A stretch of DNA of 64,000 nt from an uncultured Clostridia bacterium. GTDB taxonomy: Bacteria > Bacillota > Clostridia > Christensenellales > UBA1242. The DNA lies in contig CALVZK010000002.1 in NCBI GenBank assembly GCA_944372505.1, positions 44,692 to 108,691 on the forward strand, read 5' to 3'. Positions 36,306-45,767 of the stretch are shown one piece after another (position 1 is the stretch's first letter; each line of letters opens with the position of its first letter). The position numbers and the translations under genes were made by a program. The notes beneath the pieces are model-generated. The model ran no database searches. It was given only the letters and a program-made list of their open reading frames with translations, and was not told the origin of the DNA.

Positions 36306-37319
36306 ATGAATAAAAAAACTCTTGTTATAAATTTATTAGGAGGTCCTGGGGCGGGAAAATCTACTTTCGCAACAGTCCTCTTTTCAAAGTTAAAAAAAAT
36401 GGGAGTTTCATGTGAATATGTTGGTGAGTTTGCCAAAGATTTAGTATGGGAAAATAGAGAGGAAACTTTAAAGGACCAAGTTTATATTTTTGGAAAGCAA
36501 TATCATAAAATCAAACGTGTTGAGGGAAAAGTTAGTTTTATTATAACGGACAGCCCTTTGCCTTTAAGTATGTATTATAATCACATTTTAGATGGAAATA
36601 ATAAAATTGATGAATTGACGTTTAATAATTTTGTTCTTTCCTGCTACAATAATTTTGATAATTTAAACTTTTATCTGGAAAGAAATTTTCCTTACGATCC
36701 GGAAGGGAGAGTACAAGGAGAGGAAGAAAGTATTTTAGTAAATGGACAAATAAAAAGTTACTTAACTAAACAAAATATACCTTATAAAATTATTAAAAAC
36801 GATCAAAAAAGCATAAATCAAATCGCAACTTTGTTAAATCAATTGTATGCTATTTATAAAAATCAAGAAAAAGTTGAAATGGAATATGAAAGAAAATTTT
36901 TGGTAGAAAATTTTGATGTTTCAAACAGCACAAAAGAATACATAGTAAGTCAATATTATTTAAATATTGGGAGCACTGAAAAAAGAATAAGAAAGATCTA
37001 CAATAAATTTTATTTCACAGAAAAAATTGGTTCGGGTGATACAAGGGAAGAATTTGAATGTGAAATTAGTGAAAAACAATATAAATATCTTTTGAAATTT
37101 AAAAAAGGAAAAGAAATTAATAAAAAAAGATATATAGTAAATTTAAACGGCGTTAAAAGTTGTGAAATAAACATATTTGACAAACCAATAAAAATCAATA
37201 TGATTGAAGTAGAATTTGTCGACCAGGAACAAATGAAAAAATTTATACCTCCAAAATGGTTTGGCAAAGAGGTAACAGGAATCAAAGAATTCGATAATTA
37301 TTCAATTGCAAATAAATAA
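36306..37319 (+). CDS. Fusion protein: P-loop NTPase/kinase-like domain + CYTH (triphosphate tunnel) domain
   Basis: N-terminal LLGGPGAGKST Walker A. From about aa 191, MEYERKFLV (the ExExK signature of CYTH domains), followed by about 145 aa. Confidence 0.6.
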   Translation: MNKKTLVINLLGGPGAGKSTFATVLFSKLKKMGVSCEYVGEFAKDLVWENREETLKDQVYIFGKQYHKIKRVEGKVSFIITDSPLPLSMYYNHILDGNNKIDELTFNNFVLSCYNNFDNLNFYLERNFPYDPEGRVQGEEESILVNGQIKSYLTKQNIPYKIIKNDQKSINQIATLLNQLYAIYKNQEKVEMEYERKFLVENFDVSNSTKEYIVSQYYLNIGSTEKRIRKIYNKFYFTEKIGSGDTREEFECEISEKQYKYLLKFKKGKEINKKRYIVNLNGVKSCEINIFDKPIKINMIEVEFVDQEQMKKFIPPKWFGKEVTGIKEFDNYSIANK

Positions 37320-37321
37320 CA

Positions 37322-37346
37322 AAAAAGAGGTTTAAACCTCTTTTTT
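37322..37346. terminator. Bidirectional terminator
   Basis: AAAAAGAGGTTT/AAACCTCTTTTT palindrome between convergent genes. Confidence 0.7.
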
Positions 37347-37360
37347 TAGTTAATATTAAT

Positions 37361-38059
37361 TTAGTTATGGGTAATATAATTTATTATTGCTAATAATGAT
37401 GTAACGGCAGTATCACAGCGGAGAATTCTTTTACCTAACGATATTGAATTTCCGCCATTTTCTATTATTAATTTTCTTTCTTTTTCACTGAACCCTGCTT
37501 CATTTCCAACAATGAGTGCTATTTTATTTTTGTTTTTTAATATTTCGCTATCAATTTTATTTGTTTCAACCTCGTTTGCAAATATTATCACATCATATTC
37601 TTTAAATTTTTTTAGCATATCATTAAAAGAGATAAGATTGTTTGCATTTATTAACTTGGATCTTTCACATTGTTTACACGCAGTCATAATTTGACTTTGT
37701 AAGCGAGATAGTTTTATCTCTTTTATGATTGAATATTCACCTTTAAAAAAATATAAAATATTTACGCCTAATTCTATTGATTTTGCTACTATATTATCAA
37801 AATATTCTTTTTTTGGCATCATTTGAAAAAGGGTAATTTCTTTTTTAGGGTTTGCTTGACACTTTTTTGTTTCTAAAATTGATAATATAGCATAATCTTT
37901 TTCCATTTTTTCAATTTTAGAATAATAATCAAAATCATCATTGGTGCAAGCTATGACTTCATCGCCTTCTTTCATACGCAATACTTTTTTTAAATGTTCG
38001 AATTCACTGCCTTTAATAATAATTTTGCCATCAATCTTTGTTCCAAAGAATCTTCTCAT
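37361..38059 (-). CDS. rsmE: 16S rRNA (uracil1498-N3)-methyltransferase
   Basis: MRRFF start, H.LKVLRMKEGD, and C-terminal GNEAGFSEKE plus LGKRILRCDTA. Confidence 0.85.
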   Translation of the reverse strand: MRRFFGTKIDGKIIIKGSEFEHLKKVLRMKEGDEVIACTNDDFDYYSKIEKMEKDYAILSILETKKCQANPKKEITLFQMMPKKEYFDNIVAKSIELGVNILYFFKGEYSIIKEIKLSRLQSQIMTACKQCERSKLINANNLISFNDMLKKFKEYDVIIFANEVETNKIDSEILKNKNKIALIVGNEAGFSEKERKLIIENGGNSISLGKRILRCDTAVTSLLAIINYITHN

Positions 38060-38126
38060 ATTTACTCCTATGAAAAGATTATATCATATTTAAATTTATA
38101 AACAAATTTAAATTTATTTTTTAATT

Positions 38127-38378
38127 TTAGTTTTTATATATTCCTTTACTTATTAAATATCCCGCCATAAAGAAAGCGGCATTTTTAGGTATTGAGAAAT
38201 TTATATTATCATAACAGATTGGGGGCCCAGGGCAACAATTAAAGTTTGAATTATTGCAAGGTAAACAAGGGTTAAAACAAGAAGGACAACTTGTTTGCCA
38301 ATAACCACAATTGTTGTTATAAGGACAATGACAAAGGTCTACATAAGAGCCTAATCTATATTGAGTATTAATTATCAT
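38127..38378 (-). CDS. Small Cys/Pro/Asn-rich protein
   Basis: 83 aa with 11 Cys in aa 16-55 (LCHCPYNNNCGYWQTSCPSCFNPCLPCNNSNFNCCPGPPIC) and a hydrophobic C-terminal segment. GGAGG RBS. Confidence 0.55.
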   Translation of the reverse strand: MIINTQYRLGSYVDLCHCPYNNNCGYWQTSCPSCFNPCLPCNNSNFNCCPGPPICYDNINFSIPKNAAFFMAGYLISKGIYKN

Positions 38379-38461
38379 GTTTCCTCCTTATTCATTATGT
38401 GAATATTTTTTTAATTTTGTGTTTAAGTCATACTAACTTTTTTATTTTAATATCTTATTTT

Positions 38462-39487
38462 ATGAAAGTTTTATTTTCGGTCTTTACTATCGTTGGGGTT
38501 GTTTTTGGATCGGGGTTCATTAGTGGAAAAGAACTTGTAGTATATTTTGCGAGATTTGGTATTTTTAGTTTGCCATTTTTATTGATTGTTTTTGCTTTGT
38601 TTTTTTTGACTTTTAAAAAGTTGCTAAATGTAGGAGATAATGTTGTTGCAAGATTAAAAAAAAGTCATTTATTTTTTTGTATAAATTTAATATCTTCTGT
38701 TATATTTGCAAGTGCAATGTTTGGTGCTGATAGAAATTTAATTAATTTCGACAATATTTTATTCAATTTTTTAATTATTTTTATAATTTTTATTATTTGT
38801 TTTCTAGTTTATAAAAAAGGCATAAAATATTTAAACAAATTAAATTTTTATTTAATTCCACTATCATTGTTATTTTTTGTCATATTACTATTTAAAAAAA
38901 TTGATTTTTATTTACCTTTTTTTGATGGGAATAACATATTGTTTTCTCCAATTTATAATATTTTGTATGTTGCTCTTAATTTGTCTACGGGTGCAGTTTT
39001 AATTGCAAGTTTAGGTAAAAATATGACTAAAAGACAAAAAGCACAAGCATCTTTTATTTCTGCGCTTGTGCTTTGTATTGTCTTGCTTTTAGCAATAATT
39101 GTTTTACTTCAAAATCCCTTTGTTTTTAGCACACAGATGCCACTTTTATCTCTTTTTCAAGGGAAGGAAAAGATAATATTTAATTTTATAATCCTTATAG
39201 GCTGTAATACGACATTATTTTCTCTTGTTTATTCTATTTCTTTTTCTATGCGAGGGCTGTGCAATAATGAGTTTTTAATTTTCTCAACAAGTATAATTTT
39301 GCCGTATTTAATAGGTTATTTAGGATTTGGCTTTATTGTATCTTATCTTTATCCTCTTGCAAGTGTTTTGGGTCTTGTTTTTTTATTTGATATTATTCTT
39401 TTTAAAAACACAGATAAATCATTTTTTAAATCTTTTTTCAAGCGGACTAACAAGAAGATACATTCCAGTGGCAAGAATACAAAGTAG
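38462..39487 (+). CDS. Polytopic membrane protein, YkvI-like
   Basis: About 10 predicted TM segments. N-terminal IVGVVFGSGFISGKELVVYF resembles the YkvI-family GAGFASGQE motif. Confidence 0.45.
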   Translation: MKVLFSVFTIVGVVFGSGFISGKELVVYFARFGIFSLPFLLIVFALFFLTFKKLLNVGDNVVARLKKSHLFFCINLISSVIFASAMFGADRNLINFDNILFNFLIIFIIFIICFLVYKKGIKYLNKLNFYLIPLSLLFFVILLFKKIDFYLPFFDGNNILFSPIYNILYVALNLSTGAVLIASLGKNMTKRQKAQASFISALVLCIVLLLAIIVLLQNPFVFSTQMPLLSLFQGKEKIIFNFIILIGCNTTLFSLVYSISFSMRGLCNNEFLIFSTSIILPYLIGYLGFGFIVSYLYPLASVLGLVFLFDIILFKNTDKSFFKSFFKRTNKKIHSSGKNTK

Positions 39488-40240
39488 AGTTATGCTTGCC
39501 ATTACTATATCTAATTTTAAAATTTGACTTCCGTAATTTATTAAATATCCTAGTCCTGCTTTGCTTGATAGATATTCTCCAATGATAGTTCCTACCCAAC
39601 TCATACCAACATTAATTTTTAATACTGAAAAAAATGCAGGTATTGAATTTGGAAGTATTAATTTAAATAATATTTGTAATTTATTTGCGTGCATTGATTT
39701 CATGAGTAATATTTTATCATTATCACATGAGATGAAGGCATTTAGCATAGATATTGTTGTTAAGATTACGCAAATTAAAACACACATTACAATCGTGGCG
39801 CCTGTTCCTGAACCTACCCAAAATATTATCATTGGGCCTAGGGCGATTTTTGGTAAACTATTTAAAATGATTAAATATGGTTCCAGAATTCGTCTTAACT
39901 TTTCGCTCCACCACAATAGTATTGCTATAAATGTTCCCAACACAGTAGCTATTATAAAACCAATTATTGTTTCATACAAAGATGTCCAAATATGAATCCA
40001 TAAATTACCATCTTCCGCAAGGTCAATTATAGTATTTACTATTCTTGACGGGCTTGAAAAGAAGAAAGGATCAATAGCGCCTGTGTCTGCCAGTAATTGC
40101 CATAACCCTATAAATAAGGCAAAAATTATTATTTGTCCTAACAATACCAAGCATTTGTCTTTTTTAATGTTTCTTAGGTATTTTTTACGGGCTTTTGAGT
40201 AATTTATTTGTTTCTTTTTCATTAAACCAGATTTCTCCAA
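39419..40240 (-). CDS. ABC transporter permease (NitT/TauT/SsuC-type)
   Basis: Six-TM binding-protein-dependent permease pattern. Overlaps the ATPase gene upstream. Confidence 0.8.
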   Translation of the reverse strand: MEKSGLMKKKQINYSKARKKYLRNIKKDKCLVLLGQIIIFALFIGLWQLLADTGAIDPFFFSSPSRIVNTIIDLAEDGNLWIHIWTSLYETIIGFIIATVLGTFIAILLWWSEKLRRILEPYLIILNSLPKIALGPMIIFWVGSGTGATIVMCVLICVILTTISMLNAFISCDNDKILLMKSMHANKLQILFKLILPNSIPAFFSVLKINVGMSWVGTIIGEYLSSKAGLGYLINYGSQILKLDIVMASITLLCILATGMYLLVSPLEKRFKK

Positions 40241-40977
40241 ATCATTTCAAAATATTTGCCAAAATCTTTATCCTCTCGCTTTGATAGTGGAGTTGCGCCT
40301 GTAAATGAAATGTTAACATTTTCCTTAACTTTTGCTGGTCTTTTTGATAATATGACTATTTTATTTGACATACTTAATGCTTCTGATATGTCATGTGTTA
40401 CAAGTAAAGCGGTTTTTTGTTCGCTTTTTATTATATCGTATACATCATCGCATACCTTTAACCTTGTTTGAAAATCAAGTGCCGAAAAGGGTTCGTCAAG
40501 AAGCAATAAAGATGGCTGTAAAACAAGCGTTCTAATCAATGCGACACGCTGACGCATTCCACCACTCAATTGTCGAGGCTTTTTGTTTTTGAAGTTGTAA
40601 AGATCATATTTTTTTAAAAGTTCTTCGGCAAACGCTAATTTTTGAGGATCTTTTTTTTGTTTCCGAACTTCGAGCCCTAAGGTTATATTTTGCCATATGG
40701 TTCTCCATTCAAAAAGGTGGTCGCGTTGAAACATATATCCTATCCGACTATCATTTTTTTCTACAGGCTTTCCGTCTATTAGGATTTCACCGCTAGAAGG
40801 AAATAAAAGTCCTGCCGTTAAAGACAATATGGTAGTTTTTCCACAACCACTAGGGCCTACTAAAGAAGTAAATTCTTTTTCTTTCACATCAAAACTAACT
40901 TCATCAAGTGCTTTGATCTCATTTTCTTTTGTTTGATAAAAATAACTTACATCTTTAAACTCAAGTAACTTTTTCAT
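40222..40977 (-). CDS. ABC transporter ATP-binding protein (NitT/TauT type)
   Basis: GPSGCGKTT, LSGGMRQRVAL, LLLLDEPFSALD, LVTHD. Confidence 0.92.
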   Translation of the reverse strand: MKKLLEFKDVSYFYQTKENEIKALDEVSFDVKEKEFTSLVGPSGCGKTTILSLTAGLLFPSSGEILIDGKPVEKNDSRIGYMFQRDHLFEWRTIWQNITLGLEVRKQKKDPQKLAFAEELLKKYDLYNFKNKKPRQLSGGMRQRVALIRTLVLQPSLLLLDEPFSALDFQTRLKVCDDVYDIIKSEQKTALLVTHDISEALSMSNKIVILSKRPAKVKENVNISFTGATPLSKREDKDFGKYFEMIWRNLV

Positions 40978-41068
40978 TTGTATGACCTCTACAATATCAG
41001 TTTAGCAAGTTAAAAGCGAATTGTTACATTTTTTATTTTTTTGGCAGTAATTATTGTTTTAATAAATT

Positions 41069-41401
41069 ATGAAAAGTAAAATTTACTCGAGGCTAAAAGG
41101 AGCAAGTCGAGTGAATGAAGAAGATAAGATTAAGAAAGCATTAATGAAAAAAGCACTTGGATATAATGCTGATGAATCAGTAGAAGAATATACTTTTGAT
41201 GAACATGGGCAGAAGATATTATCAAAGCAAAAAGTCACAAAAAAACATTATAGTCCCGATATTAGTGCTGTTAAAGTCTTACTAGAGAGATATTTTAAGA
41301 CTTACGAAGAACAATTACTTGATTTTTCAGATGAAGAACTTGAAGAAGAAAAAAAGCGACTTTTGAGTCTTTTAAAGGAGGATAAGGGTGGAAATTTTTG
41401 A
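41069..41401 (+). CDS. Terminase small subunit-like protein
   Basis: KKALGYNADESVEEYTFDE.G....KQKVTKKHYSPDISAVKVLLERY resembles small-terminase sequences of Firmicute phages. Position is before the portal. An alternative GTG start at 41111 has an AAGGAG RBS. Confidence 0.45.
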   Translation: MKSKIYSRLKGASRVNEEDKIKKALMKKALGYNADESVEEYTFDEHGQKILSKQKVTKKHYSPDISAVKVLLERYFKTYEEQLLDFSDEELEEEKKRLLSLLKEDKGGNF

Positions 41402-41612
41402 AGTAAAGCATTTAGTCAAATGCGATTTCAACGGCTGTAACAATTTAGCAAAATATAGTTTTTCTACAAAGGGTTTATTGAAAAAAGATCTTTGCTTTTG
41501 TGAAGATTGTTTAAGACAAATGTATGAAATTATTGCTAAAATGCAGAAGCCAAGATCTGTTTCTAGTCCATTCAGATTAAATAAAAGGATGAAAAAATAT
41601 GAAGAAAGATAA
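41388..41612 (+). CDS. Small Cys-containing (zinc-ribbon-like) protein in the slot where terL normally sits
   Basis: 74 aa with CDFNGC ... CFCEDC. Overlaps both neighbours by 14 nt. Confidence 0.5.
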   Translation: MEIFEVKHLVKCDFNGCNNLAKYSFSTKGLLKKDLCFCEDCLRQMYEIIAKMQKPRSVSSPFRLNKRMKKYEER

Positions 41613-43449
41613 TAACAAAATTGTTGAAGAAGTTTTAAAAGATTTTAAAGATAGAGCAGAAAAAAGAAAGAGTTTTGATCTTATCTGGCAAATTAACATG
41701 AATTTTTTGATGGGTAATCAATATTGCAATGTTGGATATGGTGGTCACCTCGAAGAAGCGGATCGTCAGTTTTTTTGGCAGGAACGCGAAGTTTATAATC
41801 ATATAGCGCCTACTTTTGATATTCGATATGCAAAATTATCAAAAATAAAGCCAGATATTAATGTTTTGCCTTCTACTAGTGATGAAAGGGATAAGCAATC
41901 TGCCAAGGTTTCAAAAAAAATTTATAAATACATTAAAAATAAATTAAAAATTGATAGTTTGGTAAATCAAGCAATCAAGTGGTCAGAAGTTTGCGGAACT
42001 GTGTTTTATAAAATCAGTTGGAATAGTGATATTGGACAAATTATAGGGATTGATGAAAGTGGTTCGAAAATAAAAAGTGGCGATGTTGAAATTAGCGTTG
42101 TCAGCCCATTTGAAATTTATCCTGATAGTAGTGTATGTGATAGTTTAAAAGCTTGTCAAAGCCTAATTCATGCAAAAGCATATACAACGGCTCAAGTTAA
42201 GCAAATGTATGGTGTTGAAGTAGAAGGGAAAAAAGTTAATACATATGCTTTAGACAGTGTAGCTGAGGGTGTTGGAGGACTCGGACTTACTGGTACTATG
42301 CCGAAAATAATTGAGAGCGTAAAAGATGACAGTGTTATTGTTGTGGAAAGATATATTCGACCTAATGCAGACTATTTAAATGGTAGATTAACAATTGTAG
42401 CTGGAGATAAATTGGTATTTGATGGAGATTTACCTTATCAATGCGGTGAAGATGGAGATAGAGATTTTCCTTTTATTAGACAAACTAGTATTGAAGAACC
42501 GGGGAGTTTTTGGGGAAGTAGTGTAGTTGAAAGACTAATACCAGTTCAAAGAGCATATAACGCTGTAAAAAACAGAAAACATGAATTTTTGAATAGACTT
42601 TCTTTGGGAGTGTTAAGTGTAGAAGATGGCTCTGTTGATTTAGATAATCTTGAAGAAGAAGGATTATGCCCTGGGAAAGTTTTAGTTTATAGACAAGGGG
42701 CAAATGAACCTAAATATTTAGAAGGAGAAAATATCCCGTCGGGATTAAATGAAGAAGAACAATTCTTGCTTGATGAATTCAATAAAATTAGTGGAGTAAA
42801 TGATTTATTAAGTTTTAGTTCTCTATCGTCAAATTTAAGTGGAACTGCTCTTGAACTAATGATATCTCAAGATGAAGCAAGATTAAATGCTCCTATTGAA
42901 AGTATTAAATGTGCAGTTAAAGATATTGCAAGTATGATTTTAAGATTATATAAACAATACGCATCGTTTCCTAGAATTGCTAAAATTGTGGGAGAAAATG
43001 GGGAAGTTGAAATGTTCTATTTCTCTTCAAATGATATTTCTAGCGAAGATATTGAACTTGAAAATATTACTGATGGGATGCAAAGTCTTTCTCAACGTAG
43101 AGATTTAATTTTTTCTTTATTAGAAAACGGAATACTTCAAAATGAAGACGGTAATTTATCTAATAGAATGAAAAGCAAAATATTAGAAATGCTTGGTATG
43201 GGGATTTGGGAGAATGCTCAAGATATTACAGATCTTCATATAAAGAAAGCAGATAAAGAAAATTTAAAATTGTTAAAAAATGAAAATGTTTCAGTTAGCG
43301 AAATTGATGAACATAAATTACACTTAAATGAACATATTGCTTTTATGCTTGGTCAAGATTATGAAAAAGCATGCAAAGATAATAAATCTTTAGAAGAAAA
43401 GTTTTTAGCACATATTCGTGAGCACAAATCAAAATTGGAGGATAAATAA
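41599..43449 (+). CDS. Putative portal protein
   Basis: 616 aa with no P-loop. Lies between the small-terminase-like and scaffold/capsid genes. Assignment rests on size and position. Confidence 0.6.
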   Translation: MKKDNNKIVEEVLKDFKDRAEKRKSFDLIWQINMNFLMGNQYCNVGYGGHLEEADRQFFWQEREVYNHIAPTFDIRYAKLSKIKPDINVLPSTSDERDKQSAKVSKKIYKYIKNKLKIDSLVNQAIKWSEVCGTVFYKISWNSDIGQIIGIDESGSKIKSGDVEISVVSPFEIYPDSSVCDSLKACQSLIHAKAYTTAQVKQMYGVEVEGKKVNTYALDSVAEGVGGLGLTGTMPKIIESVKDDSVIVVERYIRPNADYLNGRLTIVAGDKLVFDGDLPYQCGEDGDRDFPFIRQTSIEEPGSFWGSSVVERLIPVQRAYNAVKNRKHEFLNRLSLGVLSVEDGSVDLDNLEEEGLCPGKVLVYRQGANEPKYLEGENIPSGLNEEEQFLLDEFNKISGVNDLLSFSSLSSNLSGTALELMISQDEARLNAPIESIKCAVKDIASMILRLYKQYASFPRIAKIVGENGEVEMFYFSSNDISSEDIELENITDGMQSLSQRRDLIFSLLENGILQNEDGNLSNRMKSKILEMLGMGIWENAQDITDLHIKKADKENLKLLKNENVSVSEIDEHKLHLNEHIAFMLGQDYEKACKDNKSLEEKFLAHIREHKSKLEDK

Positions 43450-43451
43450 AT

Positions 43452-44138
43452 ATGGAAGAAATAAGAGAACAACCGACCATGGAACCGGCAAATGCTTTAA
43501 ACCTAGCAGAAATAGACAGTGTCGAGAGTGAGGTCGGCTCTCAAGGCGAATTTGGCAAATTCAAAAATGCAGATGCATTGTTAGAGGCCTATAACAATTT
43601 GCAGGCTGAATTTACCAGAAAGTGCCAACTGCTAAGTAATTTGCAAAAAGATAAGATGCAAGAGGAAAAATTTAGCGAAAGAGAAAATGACACATCAAAT
43701 TTCAATAATATTAATGAATTGGAAGGTGTTAATAAAAATGAAGTTTTAGATGAATCTAATAATAGTGAAATTAGCGAGAAAAATTTTGAAGAAAGCCTAC
43801 AAGCATTCCTTGATGCAAATGCCGATGCAAAAGAATTTGCAAATGAAATTAAAAATGAGTTTTCTAATGCAAAAACAAGCCCATTTGAAGATGCTTGGGC
43901 TAAGGTTGTTTTTTCTCAATTAAAGGAAGGCAAACTTAGTGACAATATGATTAATCAATATTTAATTAGTGATGAAAATATTAAAAATAAAGTTATAGAA
44001 TCATATTTAAAGAATCTTCAAAACAATAAACCACCTTTGATAATATCTTCCAGCGGGGAAAGGCTGTCACAAGTAAAACCAGACAGTCCTAAAACCCTTG
44101 CTGAAGCAAAACAAATAGTGGATAAAATGTTTAGTTAA
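43452..44138 (+). CDS. Putative scaffolding protein
   Basis: 228 aa, acidic, predicted helical. The GKFKNADALLEAYNNLQAEFTRK segment is common in phage scaffold proteins. Directly upstream of the capsid gene. Confidence 0.55.
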   Translation: MEEIREQPTMEPANALNLAEIDSVESEVGSQGEFGKFKNADALLEAYNNLQAEFTRKCQLLSNLQKDKMQEEKFSERENDTSNFNNINELEGVNKNEVLDESNNSEISEKNFEESLQAFLDANADAKEFANEIKNEFSNAKTSPFEDAWAKVVFSQLKEGKLSDNMINQYLISDENIKNKVIESYLKNLQNNKPPLIISSSGERLSQVKPDSPKTLAEAKQIVDKMFS

Positions 44139-44487
44139 AAATAATGACATAAAATTATTTTAAAATATTGTTAAAAATATTATAAAGTTTAGAAATTTTA
44201 TTAAAAAATAAAATATTAAAGAAATTAAAATAAAAAATGTAAAAATTAAAAAAATATTTTAATTAATTAATAAAAAATAATTTTAATATTTTTTATGTTA
44301 TTTTTTAAATAAAAAAAATAATAAATTATTAATTTTGCATTATTTTTTAATTATTATAATTTTAAATATTATTTTATTTACATTTTTTGTTGAAAAATAG
44401 GTCGAATTTAATTAATTATTATTTAAATTAAAATAATTATTTAAATAAAATAAATTTTAATTTTAATGTAATTTAAAAGGAGAAAAT
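44139..44487. other. Extreme A+T spacer inside the head operon
   Basis: 349 nt with only 21 G/C by hand count (about 6% G+C). Ends with an AAAAGGAG RBS for the capsid gene. Confidence 0.9.
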
Positions 44488-45702
44488 ATGGTTACATTAC
44501 AAACAGCTGAAAATGCTTTAAAAACAGTTTATTTAGGCGTAGTTGCTAATCAACTTAATGATAATGCAAATCCTCTTCTTGCTAGAATTAAAAAAACTAG
44601 TAAAGATGTTTGGGGAAAAGAAATTAGAAAACTTGCTCCATTTGGCATAAACGGTGGAATAGGAGCAGGAAGCGAAACTGCAGCTTTGCCTATTGCTTCT
44701 GAAAATAGTTATGTACAATTCGTTGCAGATCTTAAAAACCTTTATGGTAAAATTGAAATTTCTGACAAAGCTATTAGAGCTTCTGCAAATAATATCGGGG
44801 CTTTTGTTAATCTTCTTTCTGATGAAATGGAAGGTCTTGTTAAAGCAAGTTCATTTAATCTTGGAAGAATGCTATATGGAGATGGTAGTGGTGTTTTAGC
44901 CACTGTTAATGCGCATCAAAACAAAACTATTACTTGTGATAAAGTAAATAATCTTATCGAAGGTATGCTTGTAGATATTTATAATGGTGCTACAAAAGCA
45001 AATAACTATCCAGTTAAAATAGTTTATGTTGATAGAGTAAACAAAAAATTCACTTATTCATCTTCAGAGACATTAGTTTTAAATAGTGGATTTAAAGTTT
45101 ATCTTCAAGGATCAAAAGGAAGTGAAATTTCTGGATTAGGGAAAATTTTTGATTCTTCTGCTACCAGTATTTATGGAGTTAGCAAAAGTGATTATCCTTG
45201 GTTAAATCCATATGTTAATAGTACTCAAAAAGAAATTAGTGATATTGTTATTCAAGAAGCCATTGATTTTCTTGATATGAATGTTGATTCGAAAATTAAC
45301 TTTATTACTTGTTCAAGCCAAGTAAGGAGAGTTTATCAAGAATATTTAGGAGCTTATAGAAGAAATATAGAAATTGCTTCTTTAGAGGGTGGATATAAAA
45401 CTATAACTCACAATGGAATACCTGTTGTTGCAGATAGATTTGTAGATGATGATACAATGTATTTGCTTAATACAGATGACTTTGTTTTACATCAACTTTG
45501 CGATTGGAAATGGTTAGAGGGAGAAAATGGTCAAATTTTAAGACAAAATCCAGGCTATCCAACTTATAGTGCAACACTAGTTAAATACGCAGAATTGATT
45601 TGTGATAAACCATGTGGACAAGCAAAGATTAGTGGTATCAAAGCAACAGTAACGAATCCATTTACAACAGTTGTTGAGACTACCGTAGAGGAAACAGCGT
45701 AA
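44488..45702 (+). CDS. Putative major capsid protein
   Basis: 404 aa, follows the scaffold gene, strong RBS, dedicated terminator downstream. No motif-level proof. Confidence 0.6.
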   Translation: MVTLQTAENALKTVYLGVVANQLNDNANPLLARIKKTSKDVWGKEIRKLAPFGINGGIGAGSETAALPIASENSYVQFVADLKNLYGKIEISDKAIRASANNIGAFVNLLSDEMEGLVKASSFNLGRMLYGDGSGVLATVNAHQNKTITCDKVNNLIEGMLVDIYNGATKANNYPVKIVYVDRVNKKFTYSSSETLVLNSGFKVYLQGSKGSEISGLGKIFDSSATSIYGVSKSDYPWLNPYVNSTQKEISDIVIQEAIDFLDMNVDSKINFITCSSQVRRVYQEYLGAYRRNIEIASLEGGYKTITHNGIPVVADRFVDDDTMYLLNTDDFVLHQLCDWKWLEGENGQILRQNPGYPTYSATLVKYAELICDKPCGQAKISGIKATVTNPFTTVVETTVEETA

Positions 45703-45715
45703 TAAAAAGGGAGAC

Positions 45716-45756
45716 AGGCAAAAAGCAGAGATAGTTTTTTGCCTTTTCTTCTGTTT
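45716..45756 (+). terminator. Rho-independent terminator/attenuator after the capsid gene
   Basis: AGGCAAAAA ... TTTTTGCCT 9-bp stem followed by a T-rich tract. Confidence 0.65.
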
Positions 45757-45767
45757 TTGGAGGTTAA

